Source: Patescibacteria group bacterium (GTDB taxonomy: Bacteria; Patescibacteriota; Patescibacteriia; Magasanikbacterales; GWA2-37-8). Taken from it: a stretch of DNA of 64,000 nt. The stretch spans positions 1,326 through 65,325 of the forward strand of contig JBAZKA010000005.1 in assembly GCA_041651015.1 (NCBI GenBank). Direction: 5' to 3'. Of this stretch, positions 19,440 to 29,981 are shown piece after piece; position 1 is the stretch's first letter, and each line of letters starts with the position of its first letter. A program made the translations under genes and the position numbers. Below the pieces are notes generated by a model that ran no database searches, was not told the origin of the DNA, and saw nothing but the letters and a program-made list of their open reading frames with translations.

Positions 19440-20492
19440 TTATGCTAATTTTTCAAGAAAATTTTGTAATTCACTCGGCAGGGGAGATTCAAATTCCATT
19501 TGTTTGCCGTCCAAATCAGTAAATCCCAATTTGGCTGAATGTAAGAATAATCGTCCGCATTTTTCATCCCAGACGCGTTTTTGTTTTTTTTGAAAATACA
19601 TTGGGTCGCCAACCACAGGATGGTTGTAGGCAAACATGTGCACGCGGATTTGATGTGTTCGTCCGGTGTGGATTTTGACGCGGAGCAAGGTAAAATTGAC
19701 AAAATGTTTCTCCACCCAAAATTCTGTTTTCGCTTCTTTTCCCCGCACACCAAGCTCGCCCGGCGAGTTGGTGTGGGGCCCGGCCATTAAATTTTGCGGT
19801 TGGCCTCTAAAAGTCAAAGGGATAGCCGCCATTTTGTCGGCCGTGTCTGAACGGCCAATGGGGAAATCAATCACGCCTTCCTCGCGTTCCACTTTGCCAT
19901 GCACCAAAACCAGGTATTCTTTGTTGATTGAACGGTTTTGAAATTGTTCCTTCAGGTGTTCAAACATTTTTTGTGTGCGCGCGACAACCATTAGTCCGGA
20001 TGCTTCTTTGTCCAAGCGGTGGACAATGCCCGGGCGCATTTTGTCTTCGCCGACTTTTTTAATTTCGGTATATTTTTTTACGAGCCAGGCCGATAACGAT
20101 TCTTTTTCATTGGCCATGGTCGGGTGGGTGAGCAGGCCGGTTGGTTTGTTGACCACAATGTAATCCGGTGTTTCGGCGATGATGTATATTTTTGTCATTC
20201 CGACCGAGTCCGCCTTGGGCGGACGAGCGGAGGAATCCCTTGACGTCTTCGCAACAAGGGATCTCTCGGCTTCGCCCTGCTCCGTTCGAGATGACACGAC
20301 GACAATTTTATCCCCGTCCTTAACTTTTTCGCCATACTTTTTTGGGGCTTTCCCGTTGATTTCAATCCTATTTTCGTCAATCATTTTTTGGACTTGGGAG
20401 CGGGTGATTTTTAATTCAGACGCCAAAAAAACATCCAATCGGGCGTCGCCTGTTTTGTTGATTATGGTTTTGTCTTTCATAGGCCTAATCAT
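19440..20492 (-). CDS. RluA-family 23S rRNA pseudouridine synthase (RluD-like) with S4 domain and in-frame repeat insertion
   Basis: S4 domain at N-terminus. Catalytic HRLDKEASGLMVVA. An about 36-aa insert (SSRTEQGEAERSLVAKTSRDSSARPPKADSVGMTK) lies in the S4-catalytic linker and is encoded by the GC-rich palindromic element. Confidence 0.85.
   Translation of the reverse strand: MIRPMKDKTIINKTGDARLDVFLASELKITRSQVQKMIDENRIEINGKAPKKYGEKVKDGDKIVVVSSRTEQGEAERSLVAKTSRDSSARPPKADSVGMTKIYIIAETPDYIVVNKPTGLLTHPTMANEKESLSAWLVKKYTEIKKVGEDKMRPGIVHRLDKEASGLMVVARTQKMFEHLKEQFQNRSINKEYLVLVHGKVEREEGVIDFPIGRSDTADKMAAIPLTFRGQPQNLMAGPHTNSPGELGVRGKEAKTEFWVEKHFVNFTLLRVKIHTGRTHQIRVHMFAYNHPVVGDPMYFQKKQKRVWDEKCGRLFLHSAKLGFTDLDGKQMEFESPLPSELQNFLEKLA
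20193..20300. repeat. GC-rich palindromic element copy C (tandem pair), in-frame in the RluD-like gene
   Basis: ttgtcattccgaccgagtccgccttgggcggacgagcggaggaatcccttg plus a degenerate second unit gcaacaagggatctctcggcttcgccctgctccgttcgagatgac. 108 nt keeps the reading frame. Confidence 0.65.
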
Positions 20493-20572
20493 AGCAAATA
20501 AATCTTTTTACGGCAAATAAAAATCCCCGACAGCGATTGGCCATCGGGGTTTGTCCTCCTTGTAATCGCGCG

Positions 20573-20896
20573 TTAATATCTTCGGCAACGGACGGCGAAC
20601 TTATTTAAGTAAGTGTGTACGTCACTCGGGGCAAGCGCGAATTCAATCTCGTCGCTGACTTTTAGCGCGTCGGTGATGTTTTTGGCGCCGTCAACTAATG
20701 TCGCTTTATAAAAGTTCACTCCGCCTTCGTTGTGTCTGCGCGGAGACATTTTGCGGACATCGTGGGGAATTTTTGCAATAATTCCCGAATTGAAAAAGAA
20801 CTTGTGCGGTGAACCCGGCCGCATACCGACAATAAACTCCTTACTCCCAATCGGTTCTCTGGTTTCATCACAGAGCAGAATTTCTTTTTTTATCAT
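20573..20896 (-). CDS. Hypothetical protein (107 aa)
   Basis: Start at MIKKEILL (ATG 20896) preceded by GAGGAGGGG. The longer listed ORF would overlap the tRNA at 21011. Confidence 0.5.
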   Translation of the reverse strand: MIKKEILLCDETREPIGSKEFIVGMRPGSPHKFFFNSGIIAKIPHDVRKMSPRRHNEGGVNFYKATLVDGAKNITDALKVSDEIEFALAPSDVHTYLNKFAVRCRRY

Positions 20897-21010
20897 CGAA
20901 ACCCCTCCTCGCGGTTTGTTACGCCTCAGTAGATGATTGCCGGAATTAATGATAACACAAATAAATAAAAAACAATGTGGATAACTAAAAAAGACCATGA
21001 TGCGGTCTTT

Positions 21011-21085
21011 TGGTGCGCCTGGATGGATTCGGACCATCGACTTACACCTTATAAGGGTGCCACTCTACCGCTGAGTTACAGGCGC
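21011..21085 (-). tRNA. tRNA-Ile with apparent UAU anticodon (encoded CCA)
   Basis: rc = GCGCCTGTAACTCAGCGGTAGAGTGGCACCCTTATAAGGTGTAAGTCGATGGTCCGAATCCATCCAGGCGCACCA. Anticodon loop CTTATAA. Good cloverleaf. Confidence 0.6.
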
Positions 21086-21187
21086 TTAAGTTGCGAATAC
21101 TTTATCATTTTAATAAAAAATAATCAAGATAAAAAATTCAAGCGCGCTCCCGAGAGAACGCGCTTGCCGTAAAGAGCCTTGTTCCCA

Positions 21188-21313
21188 CTACATGTGGGAC
21201 AAAAACAGTGAGATCACGACTGCCACGGCGACTGTGGCGATCGCGACCACGACCCCGATGTCGAATTTGGACATTCTCCTCTTCGCGTCAAAATCTTTCG
21301 TTATCATAGCCAT
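21188..21313 (-). CDS. Hypothetical 41-aa small membrane protein
   Basis: MAMITKDFDAKRRMSKFDIGVVVAIATVAVAVVISLFLSHM preceded by AGGAGAT. Followed by hairpin caagcgcgctcccgagagaacgcgcttg (21141-21168). Confidence 0.35.
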   Translation of the reverse strand: MAMITKDFDAKRRMSKFDIGVVVAIATVAVAVVISLFLSHM

Positions 21314-21405
21314 TTTCGATCTCCTTTTTGGGTTAGCTAGCCCTACATCATAGCACAAAATAGCCATCTTGTCAAGACCCTGGTTTTCTAGTAAAATATC
21401 AACAC

Positions 21406-21933
21406 ATGAAAGACTACAACCGCCTAATTTTTGATAAAATCAACTCCTGGCAAGGCCGTAATCCTTGGCTGGATGCTTTTGGCCGGGCCGGCGCAGAATG
21501 GGTGATTGTGGCCATGCTCGGCTGGTATGCGGCGGCAACTTTTCTCGCCTGCTGGCCGGATTGGAAATCCGCGTTTGGTCCAATTATTATCTTGGCCGGT
21601 GTTTGGGTTTTGACATGGTGTGTTGATGTCGCTATTGGTTATTTTGTGCATGAAATGCGTCCTCACATTACCGAGCCGGCCACTCGTCAATTATTTAAGC
21701 CCATGATGGGTTGGAAATCATTTCCTTCCGACCATACCATGACCGCGTTTTTGATATTTTTCACAGCTTGCGTTTTTGGTTTGGCCGGCACGCCTGCGTT
21801 GTTTGTGTTGGCGCTCTGGGCCGCTTTCGGCCGGATGTTTTCCGGCGTGCATTATCCGATTGATATTATCGGCGGAATTTCCACGGCCGGTGTCGCGGCC
21901 ATTTGGTTAAAATTTATTTTGATTTTAATATGA
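21406..21933 (+). CDS. PAP2-family phosphatase (undecaprenyl-diphosphatase-like)
   Basis: PAP2 motifs HEMRP, SFPSDHT, SGVHYPIDIIGG. Multi-TM. Confidence 0.8.
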   Translation: MKDYNRLIFDKINSWQGRNPWLDAFGRAGAEWVIVAMLGWYAAATFLACWPDWKSAFGPIIILAGVWVLTWCVDVAIGYFVHEMRPHITEPATRQLFKPMMGWKSFPSDHTMTAFLIFFTACVFGLAGTPALFVLALWAAFGRMFSGVHYPIDIIGGISTAGVAAIWLKFILILI

Positions 21934-22628
21934 AAGCAATAATTCTCGCCGGAGGATTGGGCACGCGTCTGCGTCCACTAACCAACGACACGCCAAAACC
22001 GCTTCTGCCAATTCAAGGGCGCCCGATTATGGAGCATGCGATTTTGAATTTAAAAAGGCATGGCATTGAAGATGTTATTTTGTCCATCGGCTATTTATCC
22101 GAAAAAATCAAAAATTATTTTGGCGCCGGAGAAAAATTGGGCGTAAATTTATCATATTTTGTGGAGACTGAACCCCTCGGCACGGGCGGGGCGATCAAAT
22201 CGGCTGCAGCCGGTATTGACGAGCCGGTTTTTGTTATTTGGGGCGATAATTTGATGGATGTAAATTATACCGAATTAATGGAAGTTTTTTTAAAATATCA
22301 AAAAACTTTGGCCATGGTTTTAACACCGCGCGAAGATGTGGAACATTTTGGTGTGGCGAAATTGGAAGGAGATAGAGTTGTGGCTTTTGTGGAAAAGCCG
22401 GCGCGTGAATCCGCGCCATCAAACCTGATCAACGCGGGCGCGATTGTTTTGAATACGGCGAGACTGGCGATTTTGCCCGAAGGCAAATCGTCCATTGAAT
22501 ATGATTTTTACGAAAAACTTGAACCCGGAGAAATAGTCGCTCACATTCATCGCGGACAGTGGTATCCGACCGATACAATGGAAAAATACAGACATGCCGA
22601 TGATAATTTCCGACCGCCGGAATTATGA
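21930..22628 (+). CDS. Sugar-1-phosphate nucleotidyltransferase (NTP_transferase domain)
   Basis: MKAIILAGGLGTRLRPLTNDTPKPLLPI signature. Start moved to internal ATG 21930. Confidence 0.8.
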   Translation: MKAIILAGGLGTRLRPLTNDTPKPLLPIQGRPIMEHAILNLKRHGIEDVILSIGYLSEKIKNYFGAGEKLGVNLSYFVETEPLGTGGAIKSAAAGIDEPVFVIWGDNLMDVNYTELMEVFLKYQKTLAMVLTPREDVEHFGVAKLEGDRVVAFVEKPARESAPSNLINAGAIVLNTARLAILPEGKSSIEYDFYEKLEPGEIVAHIHRGQWYPTDTMEKYRHADDNFRPPEL

Positions 22629-23488
22629 AAAATTTTTTGTTGAATTTATTTCTATTGTTTTTTATCGCGGGCATTTCGGCCGCGGGTTTTTTTTATTATA
22701 AACATACGCACGCGCCAAAAATCGCGAATATAATTATCCCGAGAAAAGAAATTGACATCACAATTATTCCGGGCTGGAATTTGCGCGACATTGCCGATGA
22801 TTGGGTGAAGAAGGGGATTGTCTCATCCACCGAAGATGTCTATGTCTTACTTGGGAAACCGGCCTATAATTACAAGGCTCACGGCGAGACCGCGCCCGTG
22901 CTTGCCCTCGCGAATAATCCGGAATGGGCCGAACTTTTTGCCGACAAGCCGAATAATGTTTCGTACGAGGGTTATCTGATGCCGGATACTTATCGCGTTT
23001 ATGCCGATGCCACGCCCGAAGATGTTCTTAAAAAAATATTTACGAATTTGAATGATAAAATTACGTCCGAGATGCGCGCGGAAATTAAAAAGAAAAATAA
23101 GACGTTTTATGAAATTTTGACCATGGCTTCGGTGGTGCAAAAAGAAGCGCCAACCAAAGAAGAAATGGCGATGGTAGCCGACATCTTCTGGCGCCGGTAT
23201 GATAAAAATTGGGCTTTGCAATCCTGCGCCACGGTTAATTACATCACCGGCAAAAATGACCCGGGTGTTAGCTCGGGCGACAAAGACATTAACTCTCTAT
23301 TTAATACTTATAAATATCCAGGCTTGCCTCTGGGCGCCATCAGCAACCCTGGTCGTGGCGCGATTGAAGCGACTATTAATCCGCAAAATAATTCCTATTG
23401 GTATTTTATGAGCGACGCGGACGGCGTCACTCATTGGGCGAGGACCTTGGATGAGCACAATTATAATGTGGCGAAATATCTAAGATAA
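22625..23488 (+). CDS. mltG: Endolytic murein transglycosylase MltG (YceG family)
   Basis: N-terminal TM, YceG domain (ALQSCATVNYITGK...). Confidence 0.85.
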   Translation: MKNFLLNLFLLFFIAGISAAGFFYYKHTHAPKIANIIIPRKEIDITIIPGWNLRDIADDWVKKGIVSSTEDVYVLLGKPAYNYKAHGETAPVLALANNPEWAELFADKPNNVSYEGYLMPDTYRVYADATPEDVLKKIFTNLNDKITSEMRAEIKKKNKTFYEILTMASVVQKEAPTKEEMAMVADIFWRRYDKNWALQSCATVNYITGKNDPGVSSGDKDINSLFNTYKYPGLPLGAISNPGRGAIEATINPQNNSYWYFMSDADGVTHWARTLDEHNYNVAKYLR

Positions 23489-23489
23489 C

Positions 23490-24641
23490 ATGCTTACTTC
23501 AGACTTTGATTACAATTTACCCAAAGAATTGATCGCCCAGACGCCGGCCGAACCGCGCGATAGCGCCCGCCTCATGGTGATTGATAAAAACAAAAAAAGT
23601 TTGGAGCACAAACACTTTTATGATTTGCCGGATTATTTATGTACCGGTGATTTACTTGTTTGGAACAACACCAAGGTATTTAAAGCGCGTCTGCGCGGCA
23701 CAGTTTGTTTGGATGAAAAAGTAATAAAGAACGCGCCGAAAAATAATTCCGAAGTCATTTTGAATGAACCGAAAGTGGAAATATTTTTACTTCGGCCGAT
23801 GGAGAATCGTTTTGTTTGGAAGGTGCTGGCCAAACCGGGTAAGAAATTACAATTAGGCATGAAAATTATTTTTGCCGAAGATTTTTCTTGCGAGGTGATG
23901 TTGAAAGAATCGGACGGCACCGTGCTGGTGCAGTTTGAAGATGACGATATGATCGTGCGAGAAAAAGCCAATCGTTACGGCGAAGTGCCGACCCCGCCTT
24001 ATATTCACCCTGTTAAATCCCCGCAAAGCGGGGTGGCCGCCCAAGGCGGCCAATTTAACAGGGTAAAAAAGTTAGGTGATAATGAGCGATTGGTACTGGA
24101 TTATCAAACGGTTTACGCGAAGAACGAAGGCTCGGTGGCCGCGCCGACTGCCGGTTTTCATTTTACGCCCGAACTCATTGAAAAATTGAAATCACGCGGT
24201 GTGGAGTTTGCCGAGGTGACTTTGCACGTCGGACTCGGAACTTTTCAGCCGGTCAAAGAAGAAAAGTTGGAACAACACAAAATGCACGAGGAATGGGTGG
24301 AATTGACCGATAAAAATGCAGGTTTGATTAATCAGGCCAAGTCCGAAGGCCGGCGGGTGGTCGCGGTTGGCACCACCACGACGCGCGCTTTGGAAGCGAT
24401 TGCCGATGACCAAGGTTTTGTCCGCCCGTTTTCCGGTGATATAAATATTTTTATTTATCCCGGATACAAATTTAAAATTATTGACGCGCTCATCACCAAT
24501 TTTCATTTGCCCAAGTCCACCCTGCTCATGCTCGTCTCGGCTTTTGTGGATGATCGTAAATTTATTTTGGATTGCTATGGTGAAGCCGTTGAAAATAAAT
24601 ATAGATTTTTTTCTTTCGGCGATGCCATGCTGATAAAATAA
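23490..24641 (+). CDS. queA: S-adenosylmethionine:tRNA ribosyltransferase-isomerase with in-frame repeat insertion
   Basis: MLTSDFDYNLPKELIAQTP..., DRERYQTVYA and GSVAAPTAGFHFT motifs. About 20 aa (HPVKSPQSGVAAQGGQFNRV) are inserted between PPYI and the conserved ERL..YQTVYA block. Confidence 0.9.
   Translation: MLTSDFDYNLPKELIAQTPAEPRDSARLMVIDKNKKSLEHKHFYDLPDYLCTGDLLVWNNTKVFKARLRGTVCLDEKVIKNAPKNNSEVILNEPKVEIFLLRPMENRFVWKVLAKPGKKLQLGMKIIFAEDFSCEVMLKESDGTVLVQFEDDDMIVREKANRYGEVPTPPYIHPVKSPQSGVAAQGGQFNRVKKLGDNERLVLDYQTVYAKNEGSVAAPTAGFHFTPELIEKLKSRGVEFAEVTLHVGLGTFQPVKEEKLEQHKMHEEWVELTDKNAGLINQAKSEGRRVVAVGTTTTRALEAIADDQGFVRPFSGDINIFIYPGYKFKIIDALITNFHLPKSTLLMLVSAFVDDRKFILDCYGEAVENKYRFFSFGDAMLIK
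24008..24063. repeat. GC-rich palindromic element copy D, in-frame in queA
   Basis: ccctgttaaat-ccccgcaaagcgggg-tggccgcccaaggcggcca-atttaacaggg. Perfect outer 11-bp inverted repeat, two GC hairpins, CCGCCCAAGGCGG core. Confidence 0.7.
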
Positions 24642-24707
24642 TTCGACACCCTCAGGTAGAGAGTGTCGCAAGTAAAGATCGTCGCTGTCTTCCGTAATTC
24701 GCCTCCA

Positions 24708-24902
24708 TTATTCCGGGTCGTCTTCGTGCCCGACCACGCAACCGCCCAGACCGCACCGTCGAGGATGGCCGACGAGCACTCCGTCCAAGCCGCTGTAATC
24801 TTCTTCCCCATTAACCACGCGGTCCAAAATTTTTTGCCACCCCTCACTGATTTTTTTCCGAAGTGCCTGGTTATTTCTGTAGTCCTTAAGTTTGATGGTC
24901 AT
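24708..24902 (-). CDS. Hypothetical 64-aa protein (third gene of the GC-rich small-protein operon)
   Basis: GAGAGGAGGAAGA-ATG. MTIKLKDYRNNQALRKKISEGWQKILDRVVNGEEDYSGLDGVLVGHPRRCGLGGCVVGHEDDPE. Local GC far above the genome average. Confidence 0.45.
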   Translation of the reverse strand: MTIKLKDYRNNQALRKKISEGWQKILDRVVNGEEDYSGLDGVLVGHPRRCGLGGCVVGHEDDPE

Positions 24903-24913
24903 TCTTCCTCCTC

Positions 24914-25057
24914 TCAATGTGCCGGGCAAGAACGCATGAACACAGCGAACGCCAGCACGATCCACAGGACGGCGAAAGCGATATTCCGCAGTCGCATTTC
25001 CTTTCCGAAGTATTTTTCCAACCAAGTTATTTGCCGCATCATGGCCTTTTTCTCCAT
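24914..25057 (-). CDS. Hypothetical small membrane peptide (about 42-47 aa; second gene of operon)
   Basis: MEKKAMMRQITWLEKYFGKEMRLRNIAFAVLWIVLAFAVFMRSCPAH, one TM. ATGATG overlaps the TGA of the upstream peptide (translational coupling). Confidence 0.45.
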   Translation of the reverse strand: MEKKAMMRQITWLEKYFGKEMRLRNIAFAVLWIVLAFAVFMRSCPAH

Positions 25058-25176
25058 CTGGGAATCGGGAGCGACTCCGCGATTATCTCCGTGGTCACAC
25101 ATACGACCGTGACGGCTGCGAAGAAAATCGCGACAGCATATGCACCCGCGCTCATGTTCCAAGTTTTGTTACCCAT
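25039..25176 (-). CDS. Hypothetical 45-aa small membrane peptide (first gene of operon)
   Basis: CAGAGGAGGTCCC-ATG. MGNKTWNMSAGAYAVAIFFAAVTVVCVTTEIIAESLPIPRWRKRP. Upstream TTGACA-17-TAGGAT promoter-like sequence. Confidence 0.45.
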   Translation of the reverse strand: MGNKTWNMSAGAYAVAIFFAAVTVVCVTTEIIAESLPIPRWRKRP

Positions 25177-25243
25177 GGGACCTCCTCTGTGAAATGTGCC
25201 GTGGCGGCATTGTTTGTTTGTATCCTACTTTATCATCAAAATC

Positions 25244-25319
25244 ATGTCAAACCCCTCACTCAGAAATTTGAGTGAGGGGTCAACAAAAAAATCGCTCCAT
25301 AGAAATGAAGCGATTTTTG
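25244..25319. terminator. Tandem hairpins downstream of rplK (minus strand)
   Basis: cccctcactcagaaatttgagtgagggg and aaatcgctccatagaaatgaagcgattttt with A/T runs on both sides. Confidence 0.6.
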
Positions 25320-25329
25320 ATAGTAGATT

Positions 25330-25752
25330 TTATTCAACAGTCAAACCCATGTTTTTGGCCGTGCCTTCCACCATTTTCATCGCTGATTCAATATTGGTGG
25401 TATTCATATCTTGGATTTTGGCAGTGGCGATTTCACGGATTTGCGCTTTTGTGATTTTGCCAACCTTGTCTTGCAAAGGTTTGGCCGAACCCTTCGGGAG
25501 TTTCAAAACTTTTTTGATCATGTCCGCGACCGGCGCGGCTTTCATAATAAAGCTGAAACTGCGGTCATCGTAAACAGTGATAATCACCGGTACGACTTCG
25601 CCTTTTTTGTCCTGGGTTTTGTCATTGAACTCTTTGCAGAAGCCGGCGATATTCACACCGTGCTGGCCGAGAGCCGGACCGACCGGCGGGGCCGGGTTGG
25701 CGGCGCCACCGATAATTTGCAATTTGATTTGCGTAAGTACTTTCTTAGCCAT
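25330..25752 (-). CDS. rplK: 50S ribosomal protein L11
   Basis: [35 protein letters not shown]. Confidence 0.9.
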   Translation of the reverse strand: MAKKVLTQIKLQIIGGAANPAPPVGPALGQHGVNIAGFCKEFNDKTQDKKGEVVPVIITVYDDRSFSFIMKAAPVADMIKKVLKLPKGSAKPLQDKVGKITKAQIREIATAKIQDMNTTNIESAMKMVEGTAKNMGLTVE

Positions 25753-25820
25753 AGAAATATTATTTAATTCGTTTTATCTGTTGAGAAGCCCCTGCGTAAA
25801 CAGGGCAACAGGTTGAATGA

Positions 25821-26366
25821 TTATATCTTTTTTACCTGCAAGGCGTCAAGTTCCACCGGTGTTTCGCGTCCGAACATAGTCACCATGACTTTGATCTTTC
25901 CGCGTTCTTGGTCAACCGCGCTGACCTTGCCTTCAAAGTTTTTGAACGGACCATCGCTGATGCGAATGACATCGTTGACTTCCAAATCAATGGTGTGCTG
26001 TGGTTCGGCAGCCGAGACGCGCTTCATCAGACTCTCAACTTCTTTGGCGTCAATCGGAGTTGGTGTGGTGCCCGAGCCGATAAAGCCGGTAACGTTCGGG
26101 GTGTTGCGCACCACATACCAGGAATCATCAGTGACAACCATTTCCACCAGCACATAGCCTGGGAAGATTTTTTCTTCAATGGTGGTGCGTTTGCCGTTTT
26201 TGATTTTAATTCTTTTTTCTTTCGGGACGAGTACACCGAAAATTTTGTCCTTCATGTCAAAAGATTCAATGCGTTGTTCCAAAGAGCTTTTGACGTTTTC
26301 TTCGTATCCGCTGTAAGTGTGAAGCACATACCAACGGCGCCCCAAGTTTAGTGTTTGTTTAGCCAT
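25821..26366 (-). CDS. nusG: Transcription termination/antitermination factor NusG
   Basis: NGN domain (WYVLHTYSGYE) plus C-terminal KOW (GPFKNFEGKVSAVD). Confidence 0.9.
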   Translation of the reverse strand: MAKQTLNLGRRWYVLHTYSGYEENVKSSLEQRIESFDMKDKIFGVLVPKEKRIKIKNGKRTTIEEKIFPGYVLVEMVVTDDSWYVVRNTPNVTGFIGSGTTPTPIDAKEVESLMKRVSAAEPQHTIDLEVNDVIRISDGPFKNFEGKVSAVDQERGKIKVMVTMFGRETPVELDALQVKKI

Positions 26367-26376
26367 ATAGGTTGGT

Positions 26377-26562
26377 TTAACGTGCGATTAATTTCTCCAA
26401 CCCAAGGTTGAAAATATAATCCAGCGCCACAAAAAATAAAGCAAATCCGACTGATAACGCGATGACCAACACCGAATAATTCAGTGTTTGCTTTTTGGTC
26501 GGCCAGGAAACTTTTTTGGCTTCGTTCCACGCACTCGTAAAATAGTTGATGATTTTGCTCAT
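26377..26562 (-). CDS. secE: Preprotein translocase subunit SecE
   Basis: 61 aa, single TM, W-P motif (KVSWPTKKQT). Canonical secE-nusG-rplK order. Confidence 0.8.
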   Translation of the reverse strand: MSKIINYFTSAWNEAKKVSWPTKKQTLNYSVLVIALSVGFALFFVALDYIFNLGLEKLIAR

Positions 26563-26703
26563 AGCAAATTAATAATTAATATTTAGCATTTTGCCAAATA
26601 TGAGAAGTATTTATTATTTAAGAGGGCTTGCCCGGCGTAGCACAGCGAAGCCGGGGACTTAAAAACGGCCTGTGGCCGGTATGGGGATACTATACATTAT
26701 ATA

Positions 26704-26717
26704 GGGGGATTTGTCAA
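26704..26717 (+). promoter_or_regulatory. Third copy of the conserved GGGGATTTGTCAAG promoter-core motif
   Basis: Same 14-mer as at 47382 and 49252. No + strand CDS follows here. Followed by a bidirectional hairpin (26740-26766) that also terminates gyrB. Confidence 0.4.
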
Positions 26718-26791
26718 GGGGGCGTGTTAACAAAAAAATCGCCCCGTTTCCGGAGCGATTTTTCTATATTCAGTATTCTAGATTCATCATT

Positions 26792-29011
<2,220 letters not shown>

Positions 29012-29231
29012 CTAAATATACAGAATTTATGTGATTATTTTATCATTATATATGACTATTGGCAAGGCGCAAGTTGTGGGTGGAATGCGATTGTTGATTA
29101 GTCATGGCAATAACGAACCAGCCGTTAGACATGCGGTAAATCAATATTTTATATTTCAAATTTACGGCCGATATGTTATTATAAATTAATATAGAATTAT
29201 TATGGCACAATACAGCTAAAGTCAAATAATT

Positions 29232-29711
29232 ATGATTACTTTTCGTCCTCATATTAGAGCAGATATACCTTTTCGCGTTAAGTGGCTCAATAACAAGAAT
29301 GCCTCTGTTTACGCCGTGGATGATCCCGGCAAGACTACAGACATTCCGCAACAAACAAAATGGTTTGATGATTATGAACAAAACCCCGCCAAGAGTTTTT
29401 TGACTATTTGTGATGATATAACCCCAATCGGTTTTATGGGTTTGACAGAGATTGATAATATCAAAAAAACAGCAAGCATTTTTATTTTAATTGGGGAGGA
29501 CGAATACCGTGGTAAAGGGATTGGTAAAACCGCTTTGCAGCATTTAATTGATGTTGCTGTTAAGCAAGAGCATCTTGTTTTTTTGAATTTAGGAGTAGAC
29601 AAGCGCAATATTGTGGCAATTAAGTTGTACCAGTCATTAAATTTTTTTACAGTGGCTGAGAATGATAAAGAAATTTTTATGCGTTTGGACAATGGTGGCC
29701 ATCTTGACTAA
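29232..29711 (+). CDS. GNAT-family N-acetyltransferase
   Basis: Acetyl-CoA binding motif EYRGKGIGKTALQHLID, 159 aa. Confidence 0.75.
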   Translation: MITFRPHIRADIPFRVKWLNNKNASVYAVDDPGKTTDIPQQTKWFDDYEQNPAKSFLTICDDITPIGFMGLTEIDNIKKTASIFILIGEDEYRGKGIGKTALQHLIDVAVKQEHLVFLNLGVDKRNIVAIKLYQSLNFFTVAENDKEIFMRLDNGGHLD

Positions 29712-29780
29712 AATCGTTTTATTGGTGTATTATTTTATCGATAAACCTCAATCTCGGGGTTTACAAAGGAGGGTTGGGTC

Positions 29781-29900
29781 ATGAAGAAGACTCCGCAGAA
29801 AGTCTCGACCAATGTTGTTCATGTATGCTTCAAGGGCAACCGAAAGGTGGTGCGCGCCACGCGCGAATCGATCGGTGCCATGAAGTACAAGGGCGAATAG
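29781..29900 (+). CDS. Candidate RiPP precursor-like peptide (39 aa)
   Basis: AAAGGAGGG-7 nt-ATG. MKKTPQKVSTNVVHVCFKGNRKVVRATRESIGAMKYKGE. Followed by hairpin agtggcggagaggactgaaaaccctccgccactttt and then the radical-SAM gene. Confidence 0.45.
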   Translation: MKKTPQKVSTNVVHVCFKGNRKVVRATRESIGAMKYKGE

Positions 29901-29981
29901 TCGCCCGGACAGCTCAACCAGTGGCGGAGAGGACTGAAAACCCTCCGCCACTTTTCTTAACAAGAGGAAAAAGGAGAGAGA

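Noticed and set aside
20573-21037. Long version of ORF 20573-21037
   Set aside because: Its upstream 47 codons overlap tRNA-Ile (21011-21085). The internal ATG at 20896 with GGAGG is used instead.
24663-25112. 149-aa plus-strand ORF opposite the small-protein operon
   Set aside because: It would start with GTG inside a stem-loop, has no SD and no homology. The minus strand shows three SD-equipped, translationally coupled ORFs.
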